A stretch of 64,000 bases of DNA from the human T2T-CHM13v2.0 reference genome, Homo sapiens. This document shows positions 61,100 through 64,000 of the stretch, one piece after another. Numbering within the stretch: the stretch's first letter is position 1; each line of letters starts with the position of its first letter. The notes under the pieces are model-generated. The model ran no database searches, was not told the DNA's origin, and saw only the letters and a program-made list of their open reading frames with translations. Location: assembly GCF_009914755.1 (NCBI RefSeq), contig NC_060948.1. One strand, written 5' to 3'. The position numbers and the translations under genes are program-made.

Positions 61100-62000
61100 T
61101 GAGTGGGAAGGACGCCAGAAACTGTGCCGGGAAAGCCCACCTACCTCCAGCTGCCAATCATTGCGAGGGCGCTGGAGGTGGGCCAATCATTTCGAGGGCG
61201 GTTGGTGTCTCCCCTGTCGCCCAGCCCCTGGCTGGCCTGCAACTCCATCCTCCCGCGGTAAGACTCCTCTGAGAAGCTGCTTGTGCCAGGTAGTGGTGGG
61301 TTCAGGCACACGCGCGCGGACTGTGAGCCCTTTGGAATTGTGAGCATGGAAGACCTACACCCTCACTGGCATCCTGAGTGTGGCAAGCCACTGACTCACC
61401 AACACATGAAACATCTCACTTCATTAGGCAGGGTAGGCTGATGGTACTGAACATTGCAGATCCAGAGGCGAGAGAGAGGGAACAACGCTGCCTGCTGGGG
61501 AAGGGCAGCAGAGGTGGCTTGGGGCGAGTGGGGCGGGGCGGGGACGTGGGAGGAAAGTCGTCTGGTACCTTCCTGGGGTGGAATTCGTCTGCACCAGAAG
61601 CCAAAACCCCTCAAGGACTCTTTCAGATCTAGGAAAATACAGACTCCGACTTCCATGCTTCATCCTGAGGACGCTGAGGATGCTGTACTCCCAGTGGCAT
61701 TCCAAAGGACCTCTTGTCCTATGCCCTGGGCACACCAGAGGCTAGCCACCGTGGTAGCCCATCCGATGACCTGTGTGCACTGCCTTTCTGGCGCAGAGGC
61801 TCTCGCACTCGCAGCACCGGCCGCAGTACCTGCTAGGAGGGCTGTGGAAGCCCGCCCAGGGCCTCCGCCTCCGGCTACTGGGCTCCTGTGTGCACCTAAC
61901 CCTGAAGGGAATCCGGGCCCTATGGCGATGGCGGCGGGCTGTGGGTCCTGCGGGGCTTCCCAAGAACCCTGGGTCCACGTAGGTGTGAGACGTGATTCTC
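61100..62000. promoter_or_regulatory. GC-rich intergenic promoter region between divergent RBMY and TSPY pseudogenes
   Basis: Two gccaatcatt(g/t)cgagggcg units at 61153 and 61182 (CCAAT boxes 29 bp apart); GC box ggggcggggcggg at ~61530; elevated CpG. Confidence 0.6.
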
Positions 62001-64000
62001 AGCTGGGCGAGGCCCACGGGCCTCCTGAAAGAGGCCCGCAGAGTCTATGGGTGACAGGGGCGTTAGGTGGGCGCCTCAGATGTTGGTCTGTGGGACCATT
62101 TTAACGCCTGGCACCGTTTTAACGATGGAGGTTCTGCAGGAGGGGGCGACCTGGGGTAGGAGGCGTGCTAGTGGTGGATGACATTGTGGCAGAGATGGAG
62201 GTGGTGGCCAAGGAGGAGGCCGATGTGGAGAGGCAGCAGGAGGACCATCGGGCACAGAGCCCGGTCCTGGTCCCATTATGCCCCAGCACGCAACGAACTC
62301 GCTGGAGGTCCTTCACTTGTAGCTGGGCTCCGTAAATGCCCCAGGCCACAGGGTATCTCCAGCTTCTGACCCACAGCTATAGTTTTGCAGCTGCCAATTC
62401 GGGATGGCTGGCAGCAGCGGGGTGAGCCTCTAGCTCCTGGATGTGGGGTTTTGGGGAGCCAGGTCATAGGCACTGTGGGTCAGCCAGGAGTCAAGGTATG
62501 GGGTACAATGAGGGGAGCCGAGATCAGGCTTCTGCAGATAGGAGGGCAGCTTGTTTTGGGGTGCCCTGAGGCCACGTAGGGTAGGGACAGGAACCAAAGC
62601 ACAGCACTCACAAGAGAGAACAGCAGCACAAACGACGCTTCACGCACAGCAGAAAGTTGAAAGGCAAGTTTCCCTAGGAAAGTCCCTGGAGGAAGGGGAG
62701 TCTGCACGTCCATGCCAGCCATGGAACCACGCTCCCGGTGTCTGCGTCCAACAGGCTCACCCTAGAAACACAATGTGCTCAAGACTTGGGTTCACGGTGC
62801 AGGGGGCTGCTGTCCTCCACAAGGCAGGCACCAGCTCCACAGACAGGCCTTCTTACACCCAAAGAGGTGTAGGCCATGAGCATATATAGCCTCCACTGCA
62901 CCCACACGAGCCCTGTGGGGAGAGCCAGGCACAGCCCTGCAGCCCCTTTAACCCACAGCGATTCCCTCTGGTGGACACGCCTACCCTTCAGGGAGATGAG
63001 AAGAGGACACTGCATGTCCTGACAGCAGCAGAGTCTGTCCAGGATCCAGCACACAAGAGCCTCCTGCAGCTCAGGAACCCTGAGGAAGCAGCCGCCTCAC
63101 ACCAGAGCACCCTGCCCCGCAACCCTCTCTCCACTTCTTCTGTGCCCACCCCTTTTCAGAACAGGTGGTCTGGGCCTGGCTCCACCTGCCACCAAGACCA
63201 CCACAGACACGAAGGTGCCCCCATGCCAGGCAGAGACAGAGGACCACTAAGTGGTGGTGCCAGGTCAAAGATCTAGGCGATAGCCCTGCTCCACACTCTC
63301 TGTGCTCTTTCAAAGTTGCAGGTTGTTTCATGGCACGCCCCGAGCCCCCCAATCATCTGACGGCTCCTAGACCAGATGCAGATTGTGGGGCACACCCAGA
63401 TATGGGCCGGGTTCACAAATGATGAAGTCTTGTTTAGCTACATGATGGATCTGCAGGCCAGGCTGCAGAGCTTGGGTATGCGGGAGTGGTCAGGTGTCTG
63501 GGTCAGGTTCAAGTTCTCTCTGGGGCCCAGGGGTGTCTAAGCAGCAGAGCTGGGAAGGGGAAACACATGTTTCACTCCAGCTAGCAGGCCACCTTAGTAC
63601 AGCTACATGAAATGGTCATTTGAGTCCATCCTCCTCCTTCTTGGCCAGATAGGGAAAGAAACTCAGCCACCCTGGGCACTGGCATCAGGATGAAGTTTTC
63701 CTTTTGTCACAATCTTTACTTCCACAATGAAATGATCATTCAGGAGTATTGCCTTGGCATCCTCAGTAAGACGTGCCTCCCAGCATGGTAGGGGAGCTGG
63801 TGTGTAGGAGGGTAGGTCTGGAAAGAACTTTCCTGACTCTTCTCTCTCCAGGACACCGGGTGTCTCATTCCACTGCAGTCCAGTGGTTATGGGATCATGA
63901 AGGTCAATCCTCCAGCCACAGGCAGTATACCTCCTACCTGAGCTTCTGCAGCTGGTTGGCTGACCATGGCTACCCAGGTTCTGGAAGGATTGCTGAAGTG
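62000..64000 (+). pseudogene. TSPY: TSPY-family unprocessed pseudogene B (exon 1 ~62000-62378, exon 2 63382-63456, exon 3 63653-63765, exon 4 63852-63997; runs off the window)
   Basis: MEVLQEGA, VLVVDDIVAEMEVVAKEEADVERQQE, IVGHTQ..SYMMDLQ, NLYFHNEMIIQEY and HRVSHSTAVQW..WLADHGYPGSGRIAE align to TSPY1; deletions, frameshifts and stops in exon 1. Confidence 0.93.

Noticed and set aside
60714-62104. 209-aa and 216-aa ORFs
   Set aside because: Chance ORFs over the GC-rich promoter region and antisense RBMY exon 1; no recognisable domain

Overview
Primate (catarrhine-type Alu/L1PA content) genomic DNA, very probably Y chromosome, with no intact protein-coding gene. Two compartments meet abruptly at ~33,450. 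(1) Positions 1-33.4 kb are AT-rich and gene-empty. They are built from L1, Alu, LTR, MIR and L2 relics and contain a ~1 kb imperfect palindrome around a TA minisatellite (8080-9075). They also contain a ~2.4 kb tandem duplication with an AluY at its junction and a twin-primed L1 in only one copy. (2) Positions 33.4-64 kb are an ampliconic-type block. It holds a 5'-truncated TSPY pseudogene (+), a complete intron-containing RBMY pseudogene with a single SRGY exon (RBMY2 type, -), and a second TSPY pseudogene (+) head-to-head with the RBMY copy across a GC-rich promoter region. The arrangement resembles my recollection of the human PRORY-RBMY2EP-TSPY14P neighbourhood, but species and locus cannot be confirmed without a search. 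Nearly all ORFs in the supplied track are L1/Alu/simple-repeat or GC-rich chance ORFs. Comparisons to TSPY1, RBMY1, RBMX, PRORY and repeat consensuses are from memory. I found no convincing new biological system; the best findings are structural and evolutionary.
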